In this document: positions 51,376 through 59,800 of the stretch, one piece after another
How positions within the stretch are numbered: position 1 is the stretch's first letter
How the letters are laid out: every line of letters begins with the position of its first letter
NCBI GenBank assembly: GCA_017616015.1
Contig: JAFZYY010000018.1
Location: forward strand, 125 to 64,124
Direction: 5' to 3'
Length of the DNA stretch: 64,000 nucleotides
Source: Alphaproteobacteria bacterium
Lineage (GTDB): Bacteria > Pseudomonadota > Alphaproteobacteria > CAAGCB01 > CAG-977
Notes under the pieces: generated by a model
The model's database searches: none
Told to the model about the DNA's origin: nothing
What the model saw: the letters and a program-made list of their open reading frames with translations, nothing else
Translations under genes and position numbers: made by a program

Positions 51376-51408
51376 ACTGTAACGGAGTGATGCGTCAGAC
51401 CCTGACGT
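51376..51408 (-). promoter_or_regulatory. island operator plus -10 (ACGTCAGGGTCTGACGC, 10 nt, TACAGT)
   Basis: Motif at 51392-51408, about 65 nt upstream of ATG 51326. Confidence 0.65.
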
Positions 51409-51487
51409 TTCTAAAAAAACGACAGTCCGATTTTCAAAAAAGAAGAGAAACGCTATATTTTAATCAAACAGAATCCACGGAAATTTC

Positions 51488-51515
51488 TTGAACAGCACAG
51501 TGAAGATTATATACT
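51488..51515 (+). promoter_or_regulatory. sigma70-like promoter without operator (TTGAAC, 16 nt, TATACT)
   Basis: Hexamers at 51488-51493 and 51510-51515, about 25 nt before ATG 51541. Confidence 0.4.
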
Positions 51516-51540
51516 TTTATCTACGTTAAGGAGATATTTG

Positions 51541-52089
51541 ATGAAAAAAGAAACGAAAAGACCTTTGAGTAAGAAAAAACAACTTAAAGAGGATTTTTTA
51601 TCCGCGCTTGAAAATGCTTTTGGAGACGTTCTGACTGAATATAAATTTCCCTGGCTTGTTCTAAAAGGTATTTCTGAAATGGATGTTCCGGAACAAAAAA
51701 TTTATAACGCGCTGGTGTCCATGCGCGGTTTTAAAGATTTTTACCGTATAGGAACATCTCTGCGTTGCGATTACGTTCTGCCGCGTCAAAAAATCATTGT
51801 CGAATTTGACGAACGTCAGCATTTCACCCTACAACGGGCGAAATCCTTTGAATTTTATCCCGATGATACAACTGTTTTCTTTGATAAGAAAATATGGAGC
51901 GAGCGTTGTTACAATTTAAAGGCGTATGACAATGATCCCCCATATCGAGATGAACAAAGGGCGTTTTTTGATTCTTTGCGAGACATCCGTTCTTTCAAAA
52001 ACGGATTTAAACTTATCAGGTTTTACGAAAAAGACCTGACATCTTCTGAAGAAATTGAGAAATCCGTTCAAAAAATAAAGGAGCTTTAA
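51541..52089 (+). CDS. hypothetical protein with DUF559/Vsr-like (PD-(D/E)xK-type) motif
   Basis: CDYVLPRQKIIVEFDERQHF resembles the D...(I/V)ExDxxxH core of DUF559/Vsr-fold endonucleases. AAGGAG RBS. Confidence 0.4.
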   Translation: MKKETKRPLSKKKQLKEDFLSALENAFGDVLTEYKFPWLVLKGISEMDVPEQKIYNALVSMRGFKDFYRIGTSLRCDYVLPRQKIIVEFDERQHFTLQRAKSFEFYPDDTTVFFDKKIWSERCYNLKAYDNDPPYRDEQRAFFDSLRDIRSFKNGFKLIRFYEKDLTSSEEIEKSVQKIKEL

Positions 52090-52090
52090 A

Positions 52091-52975
52091 ATGAAAGTCG
52101 CTGTTATTCATGTCCTTAAAAAACTTAATACCGAACATAAAAAAGATCTTCTACACGAAATCTCAAAAGAAATAAAAAAGAGTGAAAAGAAACCGGATAT
52201 AATCCTGCTTCCTGGCGGATATTTTATATCGGATACATATATGGGGGAATATGATTTTGATGAAAGAAAAAAGATTCTAGAAAAGCAATTCTTTTCCAAA
52301 GAATTGAAATCGTTTTCAAAAAATATGGAAGCCGCTATTGTCGCCGGAATTGACACCGGAAAAGACGCATGGAAAGCAAAGGGCGATCAAATGTGTGTTG
52401 CTTGGAATGAAACCGGCGTTCTGGGAATCGGAAGAAAAGTTTGGACGGTTAATGGAGATGAAGGGCAAAACTATCATGTAAATTTTGACGACTTCGGAAC
52501 ATCGCATCGTTTAGTTAAGATAAAAAACAAAAAAATCCTTTTGTGTTCATGCTATGACGGCTACGGAACGGAGGGAGATTGCGCGCAACAAAACAATCGT
52601 TTGAAAAACACTAAAAATATCTTTTTTGATCATAAACTTCTGAAAAAAGATATTTCTGAATTGAAAGAAAAAGGAAAGAAGAAATGGAACGACTTGCTGG
52701 ATAAGGCGGATATGGCTTTCATTTCCATCCATAATTTTTCGAATGAAGGCTTCGGCTCCGGGAAAGGATATTGGACACGGGGAATCAGAGCCAGATCAAA
52801 AAAAGACCATAAAGATTTTGCCATTTTCGGCGCGTCTCATTTCGAGAATATGGACATGGGGGAAAACGCCAATCGCTTTTCAGCAAAAAACGGCATTGAT
52901 CTGGACATCAAAAAAGAAATCAGAATAAACAACGGGAAAGCGAATACTGCAATTATCCGTTTTTATGAGATATAA
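52091..52975 (+). CDS. hypothetical protein (294 aa)
   Basis: Starts 1 nt after the upstream stop codon, so it is translationally coupled. Only a vague resemblance to the CN-hydrolase strand order (PDIILLPGG, KILLCSCYDG), and the catalytic Glu is absent. Confidence 0.45.
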   Translation: MKVAVIHVLKKLNTEHKKDLLHEISKEIKKSEKKPDIILLPGGYFISDTYMGEYDFDERKKILEKQFFSKELKSFSKNMEAAIVAGIDTGKDAWKAKGDQMCVAWNETGVLGIGRKVWTVNGDEGQNYHVNFDDFGTSHRLVKIKNKKILLCSCYDGYGTEGDCAQQNNRLKNTKNIFFDHKLLKKDISELKEKGKKKWNDLLDKADMAFISIHNFSNEGFGSGKGYWTRGIRARSKKDHKDFAIFGASHFENMDMGENANRFSAKNGIDLDIKKEIRINNGKANTAIIRFYEI

Positions 52976-52999
52976 ACAATAGAAAACGAAATTTAACAC

Positions 53000-53035
53000 A
53001 TCTTCCGATGCTTTAAAGTGTCGGAAGATTTTTTA
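53000..53035 (+). terminator. intrinsic terminator of the 51541-52975 operon
   Basis: ATCTTCCGA-12 nt-TCGGAAGAT followed by TTTTTT. Confidence 0.7.
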
Positions 53036-53052
53036 TGTGTCCGATTTTTCAT

Positions 53053-53085
53053 ACGTCAGGTTTTGACGCTTTCGTATCGTATAGT
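53053..53085 (+). promoter_or_regulatory. island operator plus -10 (ACGTCAGGTTTTGACGC, 10 nt, TATAGT)
   Basis: About 70 nt upstream of ATG 53156. Confidence 0.65.
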
Positions 53086-53155
53086 GAATACGAATCGTGC
53101 GGATTTGGCTTCGCTTGTTGCGCACGTTAATCAAACAACTAAAGAGAGGTTTCTT

Positions 53156-53905
53156 ATGTCTTATCCCGTTATTGTGAACATTCCCCACGCGTCCGTCGAA
53201 ATCCCGGACTTTGACGATTACGTTTTATCCCCCGACGCCGTTCGTCGGGAAGCGCGATTGCTTGCCGACCTTTACACAGACGAACTGATTGACGATGCGG
53301 AAAACGTCGAACGCGTCGTCGCTCCGGTTTCCCGCGTGTATGTCGATACGGAACGCTTTGCCGACGACGACAAAGAGGAAGCCGCCCGTTACGGTATGGG
53401 CGTTCTTTACACTAAAACGCACGACGGCGTTTATCTGCGTCAGCCTGTTTCCGAAGAACGGCGGTCGGAATTGCTGAAAAAGTGGTATAAACCACATCAC
53501 GCCCGTTTGACACACTTGGTTGATACGGCTTTAAGCACAGAGGGAAAAGCCCTCATCATAGACCTGCACAGTTATCCGACACGCTTTGATATGCTTGGCA
53601 TCAAAGGCAAATACACGCCCGATATTTGTATCGGTTGCGACGCGATCCACGGCGACATAACGGTTTTGGAAACGTTGGTGAACTGGTGTTACGAAAACAA
53701 ATACACCTGCGCGATCAACAATCCTTTTTCGGGTTCCGTCGTTCCCCTGAAACACTACGAAAAAAACAAAACCGTCACGTCCTTTATGCTCGAAATCCGC
53801 CGAAGCCTTTATATGAACGAGGAAGCCTTTGAAAAGACGGCAAGCTTTTTCACACTGAAAAACGCCCTTGCCGGACTGATAAGAAAAATATCGAGCAAAG
53901 ATTGA
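53156..53905 (+). CDS. N-formylglutamate amidohydrolase (FGase, PF05013-like) family protein
   Basis: VNIPHASVEIP, DLYTDEL, SRVYVDTER and ALIIDLHSYP follow the FGase-family motif order. Start at ATG 53156 behind AAAGAGAGG. Confidence 0.6.
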   Translation: MSYPVIVNIPHASVEIPDFDDYVLSPDAVRREARLLADLYTDELIDDAENVERVVAPVSRVYVDTERFADDDKEEAARYGMGVLYTKTHDGVYLRQPVSEERRSELLKKWYKPHHARLTHLVDTALSTEGKALIIDLHSYPTRFDMLGIKGKYTPDICIGCDAIHGDITVLETLVNWCYENKYTCAINNPFSGSVVPLKHYEKNKTVTSFMLEIRRSLYMNEEAFEKTASFFTLKNALAGLIRKISSKD

Positions 53906-53921
53906 TAGTCTTTGTTTGCGT

Positions 53922-54941
53922 TTAATCAGTCGGAGAAGACGGATCGAGTCCGTTGAACCTGTTCTGAGCTTCTTCGGCGCGCTGCCAGAAATCGGCGGGC
54001 TTAATCACTTCAACGCTGTCGCCCCATGTTTTTAAATGCCAAGCCATTTCTAAGATACCGCTTGTTTTCATTTTGACTGTCAAAGAACCGTCAGGATTTT
54101 TAATCATCTTTTGTGACGGGTGGAAAGAAAAGCGACCGGCTTCCCGTGCGATTTCTTTTTTAAACCGCCATTCAAAGTTTATCGGTTTACCGTGAAATGC
54201 ACCGAAAGATTCGGCAGCATACTCTTTCAGATTAAAATCGGGATCGATTTCAAAAACTTCATTTAAGATTTCAATATTGCTTATAGACGTTAAAATGAAG
54301 CTGCGGATTTCGCCTTTGTCATTTTTTGCAATCAGATAATGATTGCGTTCACCATATAAAAAGCCATAAGGACAAACAACGCGGGAAGAAAACTTCCCCT
54401 GTTTTTCATAGTCAAAACGCACTTTCTGACATTTCAAAAGGGCTTCACGCAGTTTAAGCAAAAGACTTTGATCGATAAGCAGTTTCGGACCAGGGCGGGA
54501 GGCAAACCCTTCACTTTTAATCAGCTCTTCGGCATCAACGTCAAGCCTCATTTTTTCTTTGGACGGGATCAGATTTTTGATTTTATTCACCAGATGTTTT
54601 AACGTCTTGGCCTTATCGTTCAGCTTTTGCTTTTCAAGTGCATCAACAGCCAAATCAAGCGTAGCCAGCTCATCACTGGAAATGCCTATCAAACGGTTCA
54701 ATGCGCCGGAAGAAGTAAGCCGCCAACGTTTTATCCGTGTTTGTGTCGGGACCTCTTCAAGATCAAGAAAAAAAATTCTTTCCAAAGCGTCGCGCATACG
54801 TTCGGCCGTACGGCGTTTGCAGTCATACTTTTGCATGATGTCGTTTAAAGATACCCCTTCCGCACTTTGTTGCATATCCAGGGCTAAATCAAACAAATCA
54901 AGCAATTTTCCGTAGATTAAATCCTGTTGTTTTTTAGGCAT
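53922..54941 (-). CDS. HTH-WYL-WCX transcriptional regulator (BrxR/CapW-like), copy 2
   Basis: WYL core RFDYEKQGKFSSRVVCPYGFLYGERNHYLIA and C-terminus ILEMAWHLKTWGDSVEVIKPADFWQRA. The alternative start at 54959 lies inside the operator. Confidence 0.8.
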   Translation of the reverse strand: MPKKQQDLIYGKLLDLFDLALDMQQSAEGVSLNDIMQKYDCKRRTAERMRDALERIFFLDLEEVPTQTRIKRWRLTSSGALNRLIGISSDELATLDLAVDALEKQKLNDKAKTLKHLVNKIKNLIPSKEKMRLDVDAEELIKSEGFASRPGPKLLIDQSLLLKLREALLKCQKVRFDYEKQGKFSSRVVCPYGFLYGERNHYLIAKNDKGEIRSFILTSISNIEILNEVFEIDPDFNLKEYAAESFGAFHGKPINFEWRFKKEIAREAGRFSFHPSQKMIKNPDGSLTVKMKTSGILEMAWHLKTWGDSVEVIKPADFWQRAEEAQNRFNGLDPSSPTD

Positions 54942-54958
54942 TTTATATTCTCTCTTCA

Positions 54959-54991
54959 TACGTCATAAATTGACATGCTTAAAAAGTATAA
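54959..54991 (+). promoter_or_regulatory. island operator plus -10 (ACGTCATAAATTGACAT, 10 nt, TATAAT) in the divergent WYL-2 / 55025 intergenic region
   Basis: The motif abuts or overlaps the 5' end of the WYL-2 gene and faces the 55025 operon. Confidence 0.65.
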
Positions 54992-55024
54992 TAAAATAAA
55001 ACTTTCTGTCAACGGGAGGAAAAG

Positions 55025-55360
55025 ATGGCGTATCTAACGGCAATTTATTGGTTTAACGGCGATGAAATCATCATGTTTAAAAAAGAAGTCGAACCCGATT
55101 ACAGAGGTATGGCGATTTACCCCGAACAGCACGTTGACAAGTGGCAAGAAGTCATTAAAGACAGACCTGAGCTTGCCGATAAAAAGTATAATGAAATCCC
55201 GCGCGGACGTATGAGTTATTTTGCGGGAACGGAGAACGTTTACAACATCGCCGTCGGTAAAAAGGTATTGGAAAATAAAACTCTTATGTCCGCATTGCTT
55301 AAGAAATTGGAATTGCCGGCAGGCGCGGACATTGTTTTTGAAGAAGCGGCTTATTATTAG
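55025..55360 (+). CDS. hypothetical protein (111 aa)
   Basis: ORF with a plausible RBS. No motif recognised. Confidence 0.45.
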   Translation: MAYLTAIYWFNGDEIIMFKKEVEPDYRGMAIYPEQHVDKWQEVIKDRPELADKKYNEIPRGRMSYFAGTENVYNIAVGKKVLENKTLMSALLKKLELPAGADIVFEEAAYY

Positions 55361-55401
55361 GGGATAAATATCCGATATTCTGAACCAGTTAGAGGTACTA
55401 A

Positions 55402-56313
55402 ATGAAAAATACAGATGAACAGTCTTTTTATGAACGATCTAAAGAATACGCCATAGAGAAGTTGGCAAAAGAACATTATATAGATAAGGAAAAGTGCTCG
55501 CCAGAAGAGGCTAAGGAAAAAGCCAAACAAAGAATCGAGGCTTTAATCAAGCCTGCGGTCATTTATGATATCAGACATTCTGAAACAACATTAGAAGGAA
55601 TTTATAAACGGTTGTTGATAAGTTGTCAAAACAGACAACAAATGCCGAACGTCATTAAATTTAATAAAAATGAAAAAGAATTTTCTGACATTCTGAAAAG
55701 CTTTAATCCTTTTGAAGTTTCAAAAGAAACTGAAGAAAAATTGTATGTGAAATTTACATCAATTCCAAAATTTAATGTTAACACGCGTCATCATAAGAAT
55801 TGGGAAAATTTTGCCAAATCTGTTCTTGATAGTGCAAAGTTTGTCAGCAGATTTAAAAAGGTTGAAGACTTCAAAAAAATGATAGAAAATTTAGATGCCC
55901 ATTTCCAAGGAAGCCTTGTTCTACCCAGATTGATAAGCGGAGAAATTCGAGGCATAGGACTTGCATTAGCCTGCGATTTTCTCAAAGAAATAGGTTATGT
56001 CGAGTATCCGAAACCAGACGTTCATATTAAAGATATTATCGGACAACTTTTTTTCAAAAAAACAAAAAATGATAAGCCGATAACGGACGAGGAAGCCATT
56101 TTTAAAGTTCGGGAAATCGCTAATAACGCAAACGTAAGCGCTTTTGCGGTTGATAAAATTTTATGGTTGATCGGTTCCGGAAAATATTATGGCGTTAATG
56201 GAATAGAGGGGGATATCGAAATATCCGCTGACAGACAAGAATTTATAAATGAAATAAAAAAAGAATCCCCTTTTTATCTTTATACGTCACGAATTGACGC
56301 ATTTGTCCTGTAA
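55402..56313 (+). CDS. hypothetical protein with helix-hairpin-helix (HhH-GPD-like) motif, a candidate DNA glycosylase fold
   Basis: LISGEIRGIGLALACDFLKEIGYVEYPKPDVHIKDII parallels EndoIII-type L.GVG.KTA...L......P...VDTHI.R, i.e. an HhH followed by Asp about 20 residues later. Confidence 0.35.
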   Translation: MKNTDEQSFYERSKEYAIEKLAKEHYIDKEKCSPEEAKEKAKQRIEALIKPAVIYDIRHSETTLEGIYKRLLISCQNRQQMPNVIKFNKNEKEFSDILKSFNPFEVSKETEEKLYVKFTSIPKFNVNTRHHKNWENFAKSVLDSAKFVSRFKKVEDFKKMIENLDAHFQGSLVLPRLISGEIRGIGLALACDFLKEIGYVEYPKPDVHIKDIIGQLFFKKTKNDKPITDEEAIFKVREIANNANVSAFAVDKILWLIGSGKYYGVNGIEGDIEISADRQEFINEIKKESPFYLYTSRIDAFVL

Positions 56314-56316
56314 GAT
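56284..56316 (+). promoter_or_regulatory. island operator plus -10 (ACGTCACGAATTGACGC, 10 nt, TAAGAT) embedded in the last codons of 55402-56313
   Basis: Same core and offset as the other copies. Confidence 0.55.
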
Positions 56317-56341
56317 AAAACCATAACGTTCAAAAGAACAG

Positions 56342-56404
56342 GTGCCGGAGGGTTTTTCTCCTTTCGTTTGTTGTTTGTTTACCATTCCCTCCGGCACTTT
56401 TTTT
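56342..56404 (+). terminator. strong hairpin plus T7, acting as operon terminator and/or leader attenuator
   Basis: GTGCCGGAGGG (56342-56352) pairs with CCCTCCGGCAC (56387-56397) across a 34-nt loop, followed by TTTTTTT. Confidence 0.6.
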
Positions 56405-56421
56405 ATCAAAAGGACAAAAAC

Positions 56422-56763
56422 ATGAAAGACGAGGAAATCATCAACACGATTGCCGCTGAATGCACGCACGGGACACGTTTGGACTTTTGTCCTTTTGTTG
56501 AAAACTAAAACGACAGTTATTGCGATAATCCTAAATGGCGATGCGACCGTATCCTTCCTAAGAACTTCGTGTTTCCGATTGCCGAGTTGGAAACTGATCA
56601 GATGACAGCACCGATGTTGGAAGCCGTCTTTAAAAAGGTAAATATCTTTTTGGGAAAACGCGCGCGGTATCTTTTGGCGACTATGGTCGAGCTTCAGATT
56701 CCTTTTTCAGTAAATATTTTCCACCACGGATTTAGCATAACGGTTGCGGAAACGATGGATTAA
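56422..56763 (+). pseudogene. 113-codon Cys-rich ORF split by one in-frame TAA (56506-56508)
   Basis: MKDEEIINTIAAECTHGTRLDFCPFVEN-stop-NDSYCDNPKWRCDRILPKNFVFPIAELETDQ... is all one frame. The stop sits in the middle of a four-Cys pattern. An AAAGGA RBS precedes ATG 56422. Confidence 0.4.
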
Positions 56764-56830
56764 AAGAACGTGTGTAACGGAAAAAAATATGCAAGAATAC
56801 CCCAAAACGGATATGAACGGAGAACCTTCG

Positions 56831-59800
56831 ATGAAAAAAGATAAAAAAGAAATTTCGTTAAATGCTCAACAGAAAAAGGTCGTCGAAAATATTGACGGCT
56901 CGTATTTGGTTTTGGCAGGTCCAGGAACGGGAAAAACGACAACTCTTGGCGCCCGTGTCAAATACATGATTGAAAAAGGGATTGAAGCTGAAAAAATTTT
57001 GTGTCTGACTTTTTCGGACGCAGCCGCAAACGAAATGAAAAAGACATTTGATGAAACAATCGGGCGCGCCGCCATCGGGATTGACGTTTTCACGTATCAC
57101 GGTTTTTGCAGTTATTTGATTCAAAACAATGCCGACGTGTTTGAAATGCCGGAAAATATCGGTGTTGTTTCTGCCGCCATGTCGCGCGCTTTTATTGAAG
57201 AATGTATCGAAGAAATCGAACCTGAAGCGTATGTCACGGAAAAAGGCGATTCATACTACTTTATTGATACAATTCTTGAACAGATCGGGGAAATCAAATC
57301 TCACCGTCTGACGAAAAAGGAATACTTTGACAATCTGAAAAGGAATGTCGAATGGGAACCGCTGTTGGAAGAATTAAAAGAAAAGCTTGCCGCTAAAAAC
57401 AAAAAAGGGAAAACAGATACCAAAACATTAAAAGGCAACATTAAAAAGCTGGAGAAAAAAATCGCCAAGGCCAAAGAACTTTGGGAATTTTACGAAAAGT
57501 ATCAGGAAAAGCTTTCGGTCAACAATTACATGGATTTCAACGATATGATTTCTTTGGTGTTGGATCGGTTTGAAGCGGACGCGGCTTTTCTGGATCAGGC
57601 GGCGAACAAATACGAATACATTTTGGTGGATGAATATCAGGATACGAACACAAACCAGAACGAAATCGTTTTTAAACTGACCGAAGCTTTGAAAACGCAA
57701 AACGTGACAGTTGTCGGCGATGACGACCAGATCATTTATTCATTTCAGGGGGCGCATCTGGACACGATTGAAAACTTTTTGAAAAAGTTTCCGAAGACAC
57801 AAGTCATTTGTCTGACCGAAAATCACCGTTCGACACAGCAAATTCTTGATTTGTCCTATAAAGTCGCTGATCAGGATAAAGCCCGTCTGGTCAACAACCC
57901 GTTTTTCAAAAAGTATAAAATCACAAAAAGACTGAGTGCGGCAAACAAAGACGTAAAAAAATGCAAAGAACTTGTTCATTGCACAAAATATGCGGATCCT
58001 TTGCAGGAGTATAATGCGATCGTCGACATGATCGTGCAAAAGTCTTTTGAAGGAACTTCTTTCAGCAATATTGCCGTTTTGGCAAAAACAAACGAGGAAT
58101 TGGCTGTTTTCGCCGAACTGTTGGAAAATCGGGCTATTCCGTATGAATTAAAGAACGGCAAACCGATTTTTTCCATTCCGGCCGTGAATGTCCTTTGGGA
58201 TTATATACAGGCTTTGGTCAATCCCGATTTATACGGGGATCGTCTGCTGAAATTCATTTTAAGCGAGCCTTTTCAGATTGACGCAAGCGACTATGTGGAA
58301 CTTTGCGAAGATTATTCAAAAAGCGGAAACGCAATCAAATCGTTAAAGTTTTTAGTCAAAGGCGCGGAAAAGAGAAAAACCCCGTTGAAAGATTTGCCGA
58401 AGTTGAAAAAGCTTTTAGAAGATTACGATTATTTGCAAAAATACAGAACGAATTGCGGTATAAAAAGAACAATTCAGGAGATTTTGGCACGAACGAAGCT
58501 TTACGCTTATTATTTGGAAACGGACGTTAACAAAATCGACAATATCGCCGGTATAGCAAAGCTGATTGAAGAAGCCGCCGATTATTCCGCCGTTCATCGT
58601 TCCTGTCGTTTGGACGCATTTGTTGAATACATCAACAAAACGATTGATGACGGCATTTCGATTTTAACGGACAAAGCCCCGGTTAAAAGAGATGCCGTGC
58701 AACTGTCAACGTATTATTCAGCCAAAGGGCGTGAATACGATATTGTTTTTATGCCGACGTTGATTTCCGATAAATGGGAAAGCGCGAAAGATTACGCGCC
58801 GCAGGTTCCTTTACCGCCTGACGACTGCATGGATGCGGACGAAGCAAAAGAAAAGCGGAAAGAGCTGAAAATATCTGACGCGGTTAAAGTAATGTATGTC
58901 GGTATGACCCGTGCACGGCGTGAATTGTATTTGTCCTTTGTCGATACGGTAAAAAACAAAGCGAAAAAGCCGACCAAATTTATCGCGGATTTTCTTGATG
59001 ATGAAAATGTCCGCTTTGAAATGGCACCCGCTTATACGGAAGAGAGCTATGCGGAAGGCGAAAGAAAGCTGATCGAACAAAGACCGTATGACTATGAGGC
59101 AGATTTTAAGGCTTTGATTGACGGTTATTTTAAAGATCATAAATTTTCCATTTCTGATATCAACGATTATAACTCTTGCCCCAGACAGTATCTGTATTCG
59201 AATATTTTGGAATTGTCCGGCAAAGATGGCAACCCGGACGCGCTTTCCTTCGGTTCCGCCGTTCATAAGGCTCTGGAAAAAGCGGTCGATTATGCCAGGG
59301 AAAATCATGTTTGGTGTACAGAAGACGAGTTGGTCGCCTACTTTAAATCGGCGTTGAAGCATTATCCGACACAGTCGGTTTCCACACGTCGGACTTTGGA
59401 AAAGCGGGGAGAAAAAGCGTTGCTGGCGTATTACGATATTTTGACCGAAACAAAGCCCGCCGCACTTAAAGAAACGGAGTTGATGATTGAATTCAACGAA
59501 AGTTTTCCGTTTATCGGCTTTATCGATCGTATCGATAAAAACAACGGCGGCACTGTAACGATTTACGATTACAAAACCGGAAATGCCAAAGAAGATATTT
59601 CTCCCGACGGCGAACACGCGGATTATTATATGCAGATGTGCGTCTATAAATACGTTTATGAAAAAACAACGGGAAAGAAAGTACGGGAAACGACTTTTGT
59701 TTTCGTGGAAGAACCGGATAAAAACGTTACATTGAATTTGACGGATAAAGACTGCGAGGACGCGTGGAAGGCGTTTAAAAACAGCGTCAAAGAAATGAAG

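Noticed and set aside
52091-52975. Calling the 294-aa protein a carbon-nitrogen hydrolase
   Set aside because: Only the strand order and a CYD-like string resemble the family. The catalytic Glu position reads PGG, so I left it as hypothetical.
56744-56830. Longer N-terminus (MRKRWIKRTC...) for the helicase-nuclease
   Set aside because: It overlaps the end of the split ORF and lacks an RBS. The helicase homology begins right after ATG 56831, which has GGAGAA upstream.
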